This document shows positions 52,439 through 61,648 of a DNA stretch of 64,000 nt, piece after piece (position 1 is the stretch's first letter; each line of letters starts with the position of its first letter). The notes beneath the pieces were generated by a model. That model saw only the letters and a list, made by a program, of their open reading frames with translations, had not been told where the DNA came from and ran no database searches. The DNA comes from Vulcanimicrobiota bacterium (GTDB lineage: Bacteria > Vulcanimicrobiota > Vulcanimicrobiia > Vulcanimicrobiales > Vulcanimicrobiaceae). The stretch lies in NCBI GenBank assembly GCA_963733295.1, contig CAVTCS010000003.1, positions 2,048,001 to 2,112,000 on the forward strand, read 5' to 3'. Made by a program: the position numbers and the translations under genes.

Positions 52439-53654
52439 CGGCCGAGCCGGCGAAACCGCCACCAAGTTGATCGAGCTGCGCGGCGGCCTCGGCGCGCTGC
52501 CCGGCGTGCGCCTCTCGGGCGTCGCGGCAGGCATCAAGAAGCGGAAGTCCGATCTCGCGCTCGTGTTCTTCGATCAGCCCTACGGCTGCGCGTCGGTGAT
52601 CACGACCAACGAGATCAAAGCCGCGCCGCTGCTCGTCTCCGAAGAACACATCGTCAAGAGCGGCGAGGCGATCCGCGCGATCGTTTGCAACTCGGGCTGC
52701 GCCAACGCGTGCACCGGCGAGAGGGGCGAGCGCGACGCGCGGGCGACCGCGCGCCAAGCTGCCGCGTTGCTGGGCATCGAACAAACGCAGGTCATCGTCG
52801 CCTCGACGGGTGTGATCGGCGTCTACCTCCCGATGGATCGCGTCGCCAAAGGGCTCGAGCGCGCGGCGAAGGATCTCGAGGAAGGAATGGAAGCGTCGTT
52901 CGATGCGGCCGAAGCGATCATGACGACCGACAACGAGCCGAAACTCTCGGCGTACTCGTTCTACCACGACAAGCAGCGTTACGTCGTCGGCGGGATGGCC
53001 AAAGGCTCGGGCATGATCGCACCCAACATGGCGACCATGCTCGCCTTCATCGCGACGAACGCACCGATGTCGCGCGCGACGCTGCACGCCGAATTGGTTG
53101 CCGCAAATGAGGACAGCTTCAACATGATCTCGGTCGACGGTTGCCAGTCGACCAATGACGCCGTCTACGCGCTCGCACCCTCCGGCCCGGAAGCGGCGCC
53201 GCCCGGTTTCAGCGAAGCGCTGCGCGCGGTAACGCACGATCTGGCGGTCGCGATGGTGCGCGACGGCGAAGGCGCCACCAAAACCTTGACGGTCGAGGTT
53301 ACCTCGGCGCGAACCGACCTGCAAGCACGCGCGGTGGCGCGAGCGGTCGTCAACTCGAACCTCGTGCGCACCGCACTCTACGGTGAGGATCCGAATTGGG
53401 GCCGCATCATCGCGGCTGCCGGCAGCGTGAATGCGGGCATCGACCCGGATACCTGGAGCTTGTATCTCAACGGAAAACTGTGGGTCGACCGCGGCGCAAT
53501 TGAGATTCTTTCGGAGGCCGAGGCGCACGGCGAGATGGAAGTCGCTGCAGTTCGCGTGCAGCTCGATCTAGGCCTCGGCAAAACCTCGGCGACGGCGTGG
53601 GGTTCCGATCTCTCGCGCGATTACGTACGCATCAACGCGCACTATCGGACGTAG
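52416..53654 (+). CDS. argJ: Ornithine acetyltransferase / N-acetylglutamate synthase
   Basis: NSGCANA, STGVIG, KGSGMIAPNMATML, STND, DGEGATK. Confidence 0.97.
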   Translation: MIATSSSDGRAGETATKLIELRGGLGALPGVRLSGVAAGIKKRKSDLALVFFDQPYGCASVITTNEIKAAPLLVSEEHIVKSGEAIRAIVCNSGCANACTGERGERDARATARQAAALLGIEQTQVIVASTGVIGVYLPMDRVAKGLERAAKDLEEGMEASFDAAEAIMTTDNEPKLSAYSFYHDKQRYVVGGMAKGSGMIAPNMATMLAFIATNAPMSRATLHAELVAANEDSFNMISVDGCQSTNDAVYALAPSGPEAAPPGFSEALRAVTHDLAVAMVRDGEGATKTLTVEVTSARTDLQARAVARAVVNSNLVRTALYGEDPNWGRIIAAAGSVNAGIDPDTWSLYLNGKLWVDRGAIEILSEAEAHGEMEVAAVRVQLDLGLGKTSATAWGSDLSRDYVRINAHYRT

Positions 53655-53664
53655 AAAGGCAACG

Positions 53665-54868
53665 ATGAGCACCCCAGTAGTCGAAACTCACGATTCGCAT
53701 CTCCTCGGCAACTACGCGCCGGCGCCGGTCACGTTCGTGCGCGGCGAGGGTTGCGAGCTGATCGACGACCGCGGCACGCGATACCTCGACCTCGTCGCGG
53801 GCATCGCAGTCTGCGCGCTCGGACACGCCCGGCCCGAGATCACCGCCGCGATCGCCGCGCAAGCCGCGACGCTCGTCCATTGCAGCAACCTCTATCGTCA
53901 CGAACCCGCCGGAACGCTTGCCGCAGAATTGTCGCGGCGTTCCGGTTTCGATCGAGTGTTTTTCTGCAATTCGGGCGCCGAGGCAAACGAGGCGGCGATC
54001 AAGCTGGCGCGCAAGTTCGCCCATCGTCGCGGCGAGGAAAAGCGCCGCACCATCTTGGCCTGCGAGGGGTCGTTCCACGGACGCACGATGGGTGCGCTGG
54101 CGGCCACCTCGACGAAGAAATACAAAGAGGGCTTCGAGCCGCTGCCCGCCGGTTTCGCATTCACGCCCTTCAACGACGTCGCGGCGCTCGAGAAAGCGCT
54201 CGACGAAAGCGTCGCCGGGTTTATCGTCGAGCCGGTGCAGGGCGAAAGCGGCGTCAGACCGGCCGAACCCGAGTTTCTTGCCGCGGCGCGCCGGCTCTGC
54301 GACGAGCACGGCACGGTCCTTATCTTCGATGAGATTCAATGCGGCTTGGGACGGCTCGGCACGCTCTTCGCGTTCGAGCAGTTCGGGGTTCGTCCCGACG
54401 TCATCACGCTGGCGAAGGCTTTGGCCAACGGTTTACCGATCGGCGCGATGCTAGTGGACGAGCGCTTCGCCGGCGCGTTGCAGCCAGGCGATCACGGCAC
54501 GACGTTCGGCGGTTCGCCGGTTCCGTGCGCCGCCGCGCTCGCGCACCTCGAGCTGCGCGATCGCCTCGACCTCGACGCGAACGTTCGCGCCGTGGGAGCG
54601 ATGTTGTTCGACGGCTTGCGCAGCATTGCGACGGACTATCCGCAGTTCTTCGGCGCGCCGCGCGGGCGCGGCATGATGCTGGGTCTACCGGTCCGCGATC
54701 CTCACGAAGCGGCGACCTTCGTCACGGCTGCGCGCGACGGCCAACATTTGCTCGATCAACGCTGCCGGCGAGAACACGATTCGGGTTGTTCCGCCGCTCG
54801 TCCTCAGCCAGGATCAGGCCCGCGACGGCCTCGCGCGTTTGCGAAAAGCCACCGAAAGCGTCGCCTGA
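53665..54868 (+). CDS. argD: Acetylornithine aminotransferase (single frameshift near 54755)
   Basis: NSGAEANE, SFHGRT, DEIQCG, LAK; C-terminus NTIRVVPPL in a shifted frame ending TGA at 54868. Confidence 0.93.
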
Positions 54869-54870
54869 GT

Positions 54871-55344
54871 CTAGTTCTGCCCTGTGATGCTCTGCGTCGC
54901 GAAGCTGCCGATGTTCGTCTCCAGCGTCTTACCGGTCTTTACGCCACACTGGTCTTCGTACTGAGTCGCAAATACCTGATAGGTCGTCGTTGCACTTAGT
55001 CGCGGCAGGGCAACTGCAGCCGTGGTCGAGTTCGGGTACGTGGCCGTCGCCGTCGGACTGGGCGCCGGATTCGGGACGGAAACCGACCTCGTCGCGATGG
55101 GAGCCGTCGCGCCGATTCGTAGCGTGATCGGAACCGTTGTGGTCGTCGAGCCGTTGTTCGGCGCCGTATCGTACAAGAGCGTCGTCAGGCCGACCGGCAG
55201 ATTCGTCGTGCCGGGAATCGGATAGATCAGCTGAACGTTGGGATAGTTGTAGACGACATTGCAGGTTGCCGCACCCTGCGGCTGCGTTCCGGAACACGCC
55301 GAGAGTACGAAACCCAGTGCCACCGGCAGAACCGCTAAGCGCAC
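54871..55344 (-). CDS. Hypothetical lipoprotein
   Basis: LSAC lipobox; Thr/Pro-rich. Confidence 0.7.
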   Translation of the reverse strand: MRLAVLPVALGFVLSACSGTQPQGAATCNVVYNYPNVQLIYPIPGTTNLPVGLTTLLYDTAPNNGSTTTTVPITLRIGATAPIATRSVSVPNPAPSPTATATYPNSTTAAVALPRLSATTTYQVFATQYEDQCGVKTGKTLETNIGSFATQSITGQN

Positions 55345-55421
55345 GGTATCAGCTTTCGCTCCGGGCTCACTTTTTCCACTTCCGGTCGTCCGAGATTGGT
55401 CGTTCGGTCACTGCTGCGGGC

Positions 55422-55455
55422 AAAAAAAGCGCCCCGGCGACGTTGCCGGAGCGCT
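55422..55455 (-). terminator. Rho-independent terminator
   Basis: AGCGCTCCGGC-AACGTC-GCCGGGGCGCT hairpin followed by a T run, just downstream of the 55476 stop. Confidence 0.88.
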
Positions 55456-55475
55456 CCCTACCCTTTTGGCCGTAG

Positions 55476-56837
55476 CTAGTGGGGTTGCTGGTCGTGCTGT
55501 GGCTGCTGCGCGTGCTGTGGCTGCGCCGCGTGCTGTGGTTGCGCTGCGTGCTGCGGTTGCGCCGCGTGCTGCGGTTGCGCCGCGTGCTGCGGTTGCGCCG
55601 CGTGCTGTGGCTGCGCTGCGTGCTGCGGTGGCGCGTACGCGTGCTGGGCAGGCTGCGCTGCGTGCTGCGGTTGTGCGTACGAGTGCTGGGCCGGTTGCGA
55701 GGCGTGCTGCGGCTGAGCGGCGTGCTGCGGTTGCGACGCGTGCTGTGGTTGCGACGCGTGCTGCGGTTGCGACGCGTGCTGCGGCTGCGAGTACGCGTGC
55801 TGTGGTTGCGCGGCGTGCTGGGGTTGCGAGGCGTGCTGCGGCTGCGAGGCGTGTTGCGGCTGCGAGTACGCGTGCTGGGCCGGTTGCGAGGCGTGCTGCG
55901 GCTGCGACGCGTGTTGCGGCTGCGCTGCGTGTTGCGGCTGCGAGTACGCGTGCTGGGCCGGTTTCGACGCGGTATGCGGCTGCGAATACGCGTGCTGAGG
56001 CGCCGCGGCGCCGTGCGTGTTCGTGTGGCTTACGACATGGGCTTGCGCGGCGTGTTGCTCTTGCGCCGTCACCGGGGCGTAATGTGCCGGCCGGCTGTTC
56101 GCCGTAAACGGTCGCGCAACGGCTACGGTTTGCGGGCGCCCCCGGTTCACGGAAGAATACATGTTCCGATTCCCGGCGGCGGTCTCAATGTGCGCGCGTT
56201 GCTGACTCGTGAAACCGGTGTGACTCTCTCGCGCGAAGGCGACCTGGCTCTGCGTCGGACGCGCGGCGGTTCCATGGGGGCCGCCGTTCCAGCTGACGCG
56301 GTTCCCATCGCGCCAAGTGTTGTTGTTCACGGACGTGTTGCTCACGTAGACGTTTCGGACGTACGTACGATTGACGTTCGTGATATACGTGTTGTAGACG
56401 AACGTGTTTCCGTGCCAGCGGCCGCCATTGTAGCCGTTACCAAAGTAGCCGTAGCCGTAGTTGACGCCGCCGTAGAAGCCGACTTGCGGTCCCCAATATC
56501 CAGCGGTGAAGATATAGTTGCCGCCGTTAAAAGCCCAATAGCCCGGCGTCCAATAATAGCCGGGATCGGCCGCGACGACCCAAGTTCCGGGAACCCAGTA
56601 GTAACCAGCCGGGCCCCAGGCCCAATACCCGGGCATCCAAACGTAGTTCGGCTGCGGGCAAGGCGGTTGCACGTAATATGGAATCGGAGGTGGCCCGAAG
56701 TTTACGGCAACGCCGACGTCCCCGAGGTTGAAAGCGACGCCGGCGCTGACGACGACCTGTGCCGAGGCCGCCACCGGTGCTGCGAAAAGGGCCGCCGCGA
56801 CCGCGAGGGCCGAGAAGGTTCGAAAAGTGCGTAGCAT
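55476..56837 (-). CDS. Secreted YXWGXW-repeat protein with C-terminal QPQHA(A/S) tandem repeats
   Basis: Signal peptide ASA-Q; YVWMPGYW, YYWVPGTW, YYWTPGYW. Confidence 0.88.
   Translation of the reverse strand: MLRTFRTFSALAVAAALFAAPVAASAQVVVSAGVAFNLGDVGVAVNFGPPPIPYYVQPPCPQPNYVWMPGYWAWGPAGYYWVPGTWVVAADPGYYWTPGYWAFNGGNYIFTAGYWGPQVGFYGGVNYGYGYFGNGYNGGRWHGNTFVYNTYITNVNRTYVRNVYVSNTSVNNNTWRDGNRVSWNGGPHGTAARPTQSQVAFARESHTGFTSQQRAHIETAAGNRNMYSSVNRGRPQTVAVARPFTANSRPAHYAPVTAQEQHAAQAHVVSHTNTHGAAAPQHAYSQPHTASKPAQHAYSQPQHAAQPQHASQPQHASQPAQHAYSQPQHASQPQHASQPQHAAQPQHAYSQPQHASQPQHASQPQHASQPQHAAQPQHASQPAQHSYAQPQHAAQPAQHAYAPPQHAAQPQHAAQPQHAAQPQHAAQPQHAAQPQHAAQPQHAQQPQHDQQPH
55480..56000 (-). repeat. Coding tandem repeat, about 25 units of mostly 18 bp (variants 21-24 bp)
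   Basis: CA(A/G)CC(G/A)CAGCACGC(G/C)(G/T)CG units visible in the DNA. Confidence 0.92.
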
Positions 56838-56937
56838 GCCCACATTGTGCCCATTCCGAGGGTCACAAACCACCGGAGGTCGATCACACTAGGTTTTAGC
56901 AAGGGGTTACTTGCATGTTACCTGAGGGCGAAGGGGC

Positions 56938-58248
56938 CTAGCCGGTCCGTTCCCTCAGGTAAGCCTCAAGGCCATCCTGCGAGACCCGATCCTGGCGCAT
57001 CGAATCGCGGTCGCGAACTGTGACCGTGCCGTCGTCGAGGGTCTGATAGTCGATCATGATGCAGTAGGGCGTCCCGATCTCGTCCTGGCGGCGGTAGAGT
57101 TGCCCGACGTTCCCTTCGTCGTACTGCGAGCGGAAGTGCGGCCGTAGGCCGTGCTCGATCGCTTGAGCGCGCTCGACCAGCTCGGGTTTGTTCCGCGCCA
57201 GTGGAAAGACGCCGACTTGCACCGGTGCGATCTTCGGGTGGAAGCGCAACACGGTGCGCTTGGACTCCTTGCCGCCGTCGTCGACGATCGACTCGACATC
57301 GTACGCATCGATCAACATGGTGAGCGTCGTGCGATCCATGCCGGCCGAGCTTTCGATGAGGATCGGCGTATATTTCGTCTTCGTCGCCTCATCGAAGTAG
57401 GTCAAGTCTTTGCCCGAGAGCTGCATGTGCGCGTCGAGGTCGTAGGTGCCCCTGTGCGCGATCGACTCGAGTTCGCCCCAGCCCCACGGAAACAGGTACT
57501 CGACGTCGGTCCCGGCTTTTGCGTAGTGCGGACGTTCGGCGTCCGTCAACTCGTAGAAGCGCAACCGCTCGGGCTTCACGCCGTACTCGCTGTACCAGCG
57601 TTTGCGCGCTGCAACCCACTCCTCGTAACACGCCAGATCCTTGCCGTCGTCGGGAACGAAATATTCCAATTCCGCCTGTTCGAACTCGCGTAAGCGAAAC
57701 GTGAAGTTGCCGGGCGTGATCTCGTTGCGGAACGACTTGCCGATCTGCGCGACGCCGAAAGGTGGCCGCTTGCGCGCGCTTTGATAGATGTTCTTGAAGT
57801 TTACGAAGATGCCCTGAGCGGTTTCGGGACGCAGATAGGCGAGCGAGGCCGAATCTTCCATCGGGCCGATCTGGGTGCGCAGCATCAAGTTGAAGTTGCG
57901 CGGTTCGGTCAACGTACCGGTCATCCCGCAGTCCGGGCACTTCCCCCCGGCCGGCAGATGGTCGGCCCGAAAACGGTGCTTGCAGTTGCGGCAATCGACG
58001 TAGCGGTCGTGGAACTGCGCCACGTGACCCGACGCGACCCACGTGTTGGGATGCATGATGATCGACGAATCGAAAGCCACCACGTCGTCGCGCAACTCGA
58101 CGATCTCGCGCCACCAAGCGTCCTTGACATTGCGTTTGAGCACCGCGCCGAGTGGCCCGTAGTCGAAGAATCCGCCGATGCCGCCGTAGATTTCGCTGGA
58201 TTGGAAGATGAAGCCGCGCCGTTTTGCCAGCGCGGTAATCTCCTCCAT
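56938..58248 (-). CDS. glyQS: Glycine--tRNA ligase, alpha2 type
   Basis: KRRGF, DYGPLG, YLRPETAQGIF, FRNEITP, YRRQDEIGTP. Confidence 0.96.
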   Translation of the reverse strand: MEEITALAKRRGFIFQSSEIYGGIGGFFDYGPLGAVLKRNVKDAWWREIVELRDDVVAFDSSIIMHPNTWVASGHVAQFHDRYVDCRNCKHRFRADHLPAGGKCPDCGMTGTLTEPRNFNLMLRTQIGPMEDSASLAYLRPETAQGIFVNFKNIYQSARKRPPFGVAQIGKSFRNEITPGNFTFRLREFEQAELEYFVPDDGKDLACYEEWVAARKRWYSEYGVKPERLRFYELTDAERPHYAKAGTDVEYLFPWGWGELESIAHRGTYDLDAHMQLSGKDLTYFDEATKTKYTPILIESSAGMDRTTLTMLIDAYDVESIVDDGGKESKRTVLRFHPKIAPVQVGVFPLARNKPELVERAQAIEHGLRPHFRSQYDEGNVGQLYRRQDEIGTPYCIMIDYQTLDDGTVTVRDRDSMRQDRVSQDGLEAYLRERTG

Positions 58249-58288
58249 CGTTACGTGTGTGGAGCGTTCAGTCGTCACCCGCCCGATG

Positions 58289-59524
58289 TTAGGGTTCGGC
58301 GAGCGTGCCTCCCCCCGGACGGCCGTCGTAAGTCCGTCCGCGCCATTCGACGCCACGCCCGCTCAAAACGCACCACGTCGAATTTAGCGTGACCGCGGCG
58401 AAGAAAGCGGTCCCAATGGGTTGGTACCATCCGAGCGGGCGCGGCAGCTTGATTTTCCCGAAAGCCCAAGACGCGCTCGCTACCGTCGCGAGCGTACACG
58501 CCGATGCTTCGAGCGCCTCAGCGTAGCGACGCGCGCGCAGCGCGCGGAACGCCAAGAGCGGGGGCCCCGCGGAGATCGCGAGCGTGAAGAGCGTGCCCGC
58601 TGCGATCGCGCGCAGGTCTCCACGGGCGCCGACGAAGACGTTTTTGGTGAATCCACGCCAGATTTCGTCGAGCGAGCGGTACATGCGGACCGCGGCGAGA
58701 CTCTCGCCGGAAGCCAGCATCAAGCGGAAACGTCCATCGGCCTTGAGGCGCCGCGCGAACTCGACGTCTTCGGCAATCTCGCCTCGCAGCGCGCGATGAC
58801 CCCCGAGCGCGTCGTACGCCGCGCGCGAGACGAGCAGGTATTGTCCGTTGAGGAGCGCTCGGTTCGGTTTGCGCGGATCGTTGATTTCCGCGAACGATCC
58901 GCAAACGAACATCACAAGTCCGAGAATCGACGGTAGGAGCGCGCGCTCCCAAAAGCTATCCAACTCCTGGAACGTCAGGATCGACAGCGCGTCCACGTTG
59001 AGCGTCGTTGCGAGAGCTAGGGCCGACATCGCGCTCCGAGGCGCGTGGACGGAGTCGGCATCCGTGAAAAGCAGCCAACTTCCGCGCGCGACCTCGGCTC
59101 CCTGATGCAGCGCCCAGGGTTTCCCGATCCAGCCTCGTGGCAGCGAATTTCCGCGTACGACGACGAGTCGCGCATCCTCGCGCTGTAGTCTTGCGAGGAT
59201 CTCCGGTGTCGAGTCCCGCGACTCGTCGTCGACCGCGATGACCTCGAAATCGAGCTCGCGCTGCTCGAGCAACGAACGCACGCAGCGTTCGATCGAGCGT
59301 GCCTCGTCGCGAACCGGAACGACGATCGAAAGGCGCGGCAACGGACACGGAGCGACCGGCAGGAGCGGCACTTCGTACCACGATTCGGCAAACCTCGCGT
59401 TGCGCGCAACGTACGCGAGAGCCGCGCCGGAACAGAGATGCGTGAGAACGGCCCCGAGTCGAACGGCCGGCTCAGCTCTGGCTAGTCTTTGACAAATTCT
59501 GTTCCACCGTAGTCGGCTCTCCAC
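58289..59524 (-). CDS. GT2 membrane glycosyltransferase (HpnB / carotenoid glucosyltransferase-like)
   Basis: GWIGKPWA, FTDAD, NGQY, IAEDV, RMY, WRGR; start uncertain. Confidence 0.85.
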   Translation of the reverse strand: MESRLRWNRICQRLARAEPAVRLGAVLTHLCSGAALAYVARNARFAESWYEVPLLPVAPCPLPRLSIVVPVRDEARSIERCVRSLLEQRELDFEVIAVDDESRDSTPEILARLQREDARLVVVRGNSLPRGWIGKPWALHQGAEVARGSWLLFTDADSVHAPRSAMSALALATTLNVDALSILTFQELDSFWERALLPSILGLVMFVCGSFAEINDPRKPNRALLNGQYLLVSRAAYDALGGHRALRGEIAEDVEFARRLKADGRFRLMLASGESLAAVRMYRSLDEIWRGFTKNVFVGARGDLRAIAAGTLFTLAISAGPPLLAFRALRARRYAEALEASACTLATVASASWAFGKIKLPRPLGWYQPIGTAFFAAVTLNSTWCVLSGRGVEWRGRTYDGRPGGGTLAEP

Positions 59525-59594
59525 TGGCCTCTGGTTCTCCCTACGGATTCGTTCCGTATGCGCACGCCGATCTAAACGCGTGTCTAATGAACGA

Positions 59595-59748
59595 GCCTAC
59601 GCGACGCTTGCCGCTCGCCGGCAATGCGTGATGAGGTCTTTGCTGGGGCGCATCGATGGAGTCGACCGCAGGCTTGATACACCGTGCGGTTCCGGGTTCG
59701 ATTCCCGGGCGTTCCAGTCGCAGACGACGGCAAGTCGTTGCGAAGGCG
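59595..59748 (+). ncRNA. Putative structured RNA: tRNA/tmRNA-like domain (59645-59716) enclosed by a long outer stem
   Basis: Acceptor GGGGCGC/GCGTTCC + A, T arm CCGGG-TTCGATT-CCCGG, outer stem 59595-59613 with 59728-59747; G-U pairs fix the + strand. Confidence 0.7.
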
Positions 59749-59834
59749 CCGGAGATGTGGTACTCTCGGTCACGTATCAGGCCTGCGGAACACACATTGA
59801 AGCGCGCGTGGCGCCGTAGCAATACGGCGCCACG

Positions 59835-60929
59835 TCATTTCACGGCGGCTTCACGAGCTCGGGGCTGCGTCTCGGCTCTTAATTGGCCGCATGCGGCGGC
59901 GATATCGCGGCCCATCGGGACGCGCACGGTCGTCGGAACGTCTGCGGCTTCCAAGAGCTTCTGAAACGAACGGATGCGCGCGTCGGAGGTTCCGCGAAGT
60001 TGGGCGTCGGGTGTCGCATTGTAAGGAATGAGATTTACGTGATACAGATGGCCGCGCATCAATGCCGCGAGGTTGCGCGCCGACGCGTCGTCGTCGTTCA
60101 CGCCGGCTAGCATGACGTACTCGAAAAAGATCTTTCGCCCCGTCTGTGCGACGTAACGGGCGCAAGCCGCCATGAGCTCGGCGATCGGGTAACGCTGATT
60201 GACGGGCATGATCGCCGAGCGCTGCTCGTCGGTCGGCGCGTGGAGCGAGATCGCGAGGTTGACTTGAACGCCTTCGGCGGCAAACCGGTCGATCTGCGGC
60301 ACGAGACCGACGGTCGATATGGTGATGTGCCGCTGACCCAAGCCGAACCCGTTCGGGTCGTTGAGTAGCCGCACGGCATCCATGACCGCGTCGTAGTTGT
60401 GAAACGGCTCACCCATGCCCATGAAGACGATATTCGTGATCTTCTTGTTCCGCTTTTTGAGCTCGCGCGCGAAGAAGCGAGCTTGATCGAAGATTTCGAC
60501 CGGCCTCAGATTGCGGGTGAAGCCGGCTTGACCGGTCGAGCAGAACGAACACTTAAACGCACAGCCCGCCTGACTCGAAATGCAAACCGTCGTGCGATTG
60601 CCGTGGTGCTCCATCAGAACCGCTTCGACTTCGGGACCGCCGGCAAGCCGGAACAAACCCTTCGACGTCTGGCGATCGGTCGATCGCTGAACGACGACCG
60701 GCTCGACCGCTTCGAGCGCGAGACCGTCGCTCGTCAGGGCAGCGCGAAGTCCGATGGGTAGCACGCTGACCTGCTGCAGGTCGTCGGCCAGTTCTTTTGC
60801 CGCGGCGCGATACAGCTGCTTGATCCGGTACGGTTTGAGGCCGTGCTTTAGCGCGAGCGCCGCGCCGTTTTCAAAGCCGGCCGCACGCGCTTTCTCGTCG
60901 AACCAGATCTGCTCGCCGGTTTTGGTCAC
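59835..60929 (-). CDS. rlmN: 23S rRNA/tRNA m2A methyltransferase (radical SAM)
   Basis: CAFKCSFC, FMGMGEP, SLH, AACGQL. Confidence 0.96.
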   Translation of the reverse strand: MTKTGEQIWFDEKARAAGFENGAALALKHGLKPYRIKQLYRAAAKELADDLQQVSVLPIGLRAALTSDGLALEAVEPVVVQRSTDRQTSKGLFRLAGGPEVEAVLMEHHGNRTTVCISSQAGCAFKCSFCSTGQAGFTRNLRPVEIFDQARFFARELKKRNKKITNIVFMGMGEPFHNYDAVMDAVRLLNDPNGFGLGQRHITISTVGLVPQIDRFAAEGVQVNLAISLHAPTDEQRSAIMPVNQRYPIAELMAACARYVAQTGRKIFFEYVMLAGVNDDDASARNLAALMRGHLYHVNLIPYNATPDAQLRGTSDARIRSFQKLLEAADVPTTVRVPMGRDIAAACGQLRAETQPRAREAAVK

Positions 60930-60936
60930 GATCCCG

Positions 60937-60945
60937 AGTATAACA
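60937..60945 (-). promoter_or_regulatory. Extended -10 promoter, probable leaderless rlmN transcript
   Basis: TGtTATACT, 7 nt upstream of the GTG start, no SD. Confidence 0.6.
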
Positions 60946-60976
60946 CGCTGCAGAATCTCCGGCGCCGATAAAATCG

Positions 60977-61648
60977 TCAGAGCGAAAACAAATCGGGCTG
61001 CTCGATTGCGGGTTCCGGCTCGGGCGCCGCGGCCAGCTCGTCGAGCTTGGCGCGGACGGCTTTCAGGTCGTTCCAGACGAGGCGCTTCGAAGCGTTCACT
61101 TCACCGCCCGTCTGGCGTAAAATGTAGGCCGGATGGAATGAGGCGATGAGCGGGATGCCGTTCGGTCCCGCGTACCATTGACCGCGCTGCTTGGTGATCG
61201 AGAAAGCGGGTCCGAGAAACGATTTCGCGGCGGGTGCTCCGAGTGCGAGGATGACTCTCGGGCGCACGATCTCGATCTGTTCGTCGAGGTAGGGACGGCA
61301 GTTCGCCATCTCGGCGGGATCGGGCGCGCGGTTGCGCAGCCGCGATCCGTCGTCGTAAGTGGGCCGGCACTTGACGGTGTTGCAAATGAAAACCGCTTCC
61401 CGCGGAAGATCGATGGCGAGCAACATCTTGTCGAGCAATTCGCCGGCGCGGCCGACGAACGGGCGGCCCAACCGGTCCTCCGTTTCGCCCGGTCCTTCGC
61501 CGACGACCATGAGCGCCGCACACGGATCGCCCTCGCCGTAGACGCTGTTCGTGCGCGTCGAACCGATCGCGCACTTGCGACAGCGTTCGACGATCGCCGC
61601 GGCGCTCGCGATTTGCCGTTCGCGTGCCGCGCGTTCGGCGACGCTCAA
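60977..61648 (-). CDS. Uracil-DNA glycosylase family 4
   Basis: CRKC, GEGPG, PFVGRAG, NTVKCRP, FHPAY. Confidence 0.93.
   Translation of the reverse strand: MSVAERAARERQIASAAAIVERCRKCAIGSTRTNSVYGEGDPCAALMVVGEGPGETEDRLGRPFVGRAGELLDKMLLAIDLPREAVFICNTVKCRPTYDDGSRLRNRAPDPAEMANCRPYLDEQIEIVRPRVILALGAPAAKSFLGPAFSITKQRGQWYAGPNGIPLIASFHPAYILRQTGGEVNASKRLVWNDLKAVRAKLDELAAAPEPEPAIEQPDLFSL

Noticed and set aside
54750..54999. Extended argD C-terminus or programmed frameshift
   Set aside because: A single extra base with no slippery signal; the normal C-terminus is in the adjacent frame.
55480..56000. CRISPR array
   Set aside because: Contiguous in-frame coding repeats with no unique spacers and no cas genes.
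59645..59716. Canonical tRNA gene, permuted two-piece tmRNA, or integration att site
   Set aside because: A8, a tiny D region and an over-long anticodon arm are non-canonical; segment order is not permuted; no integrase or second copy is in the window.
59750..59775. GTGGTAC as a T-box for glyQS
   Set aside because: Wrong strand, separated from glyQS by a GT2 gene, and no stem I or terminator.
59541..59822. ORFs 59580-59819 (+) and 59541-59822 (-) as proteins
   Set aside because: No recognisable motifs; the region is better explained by RNA structure.
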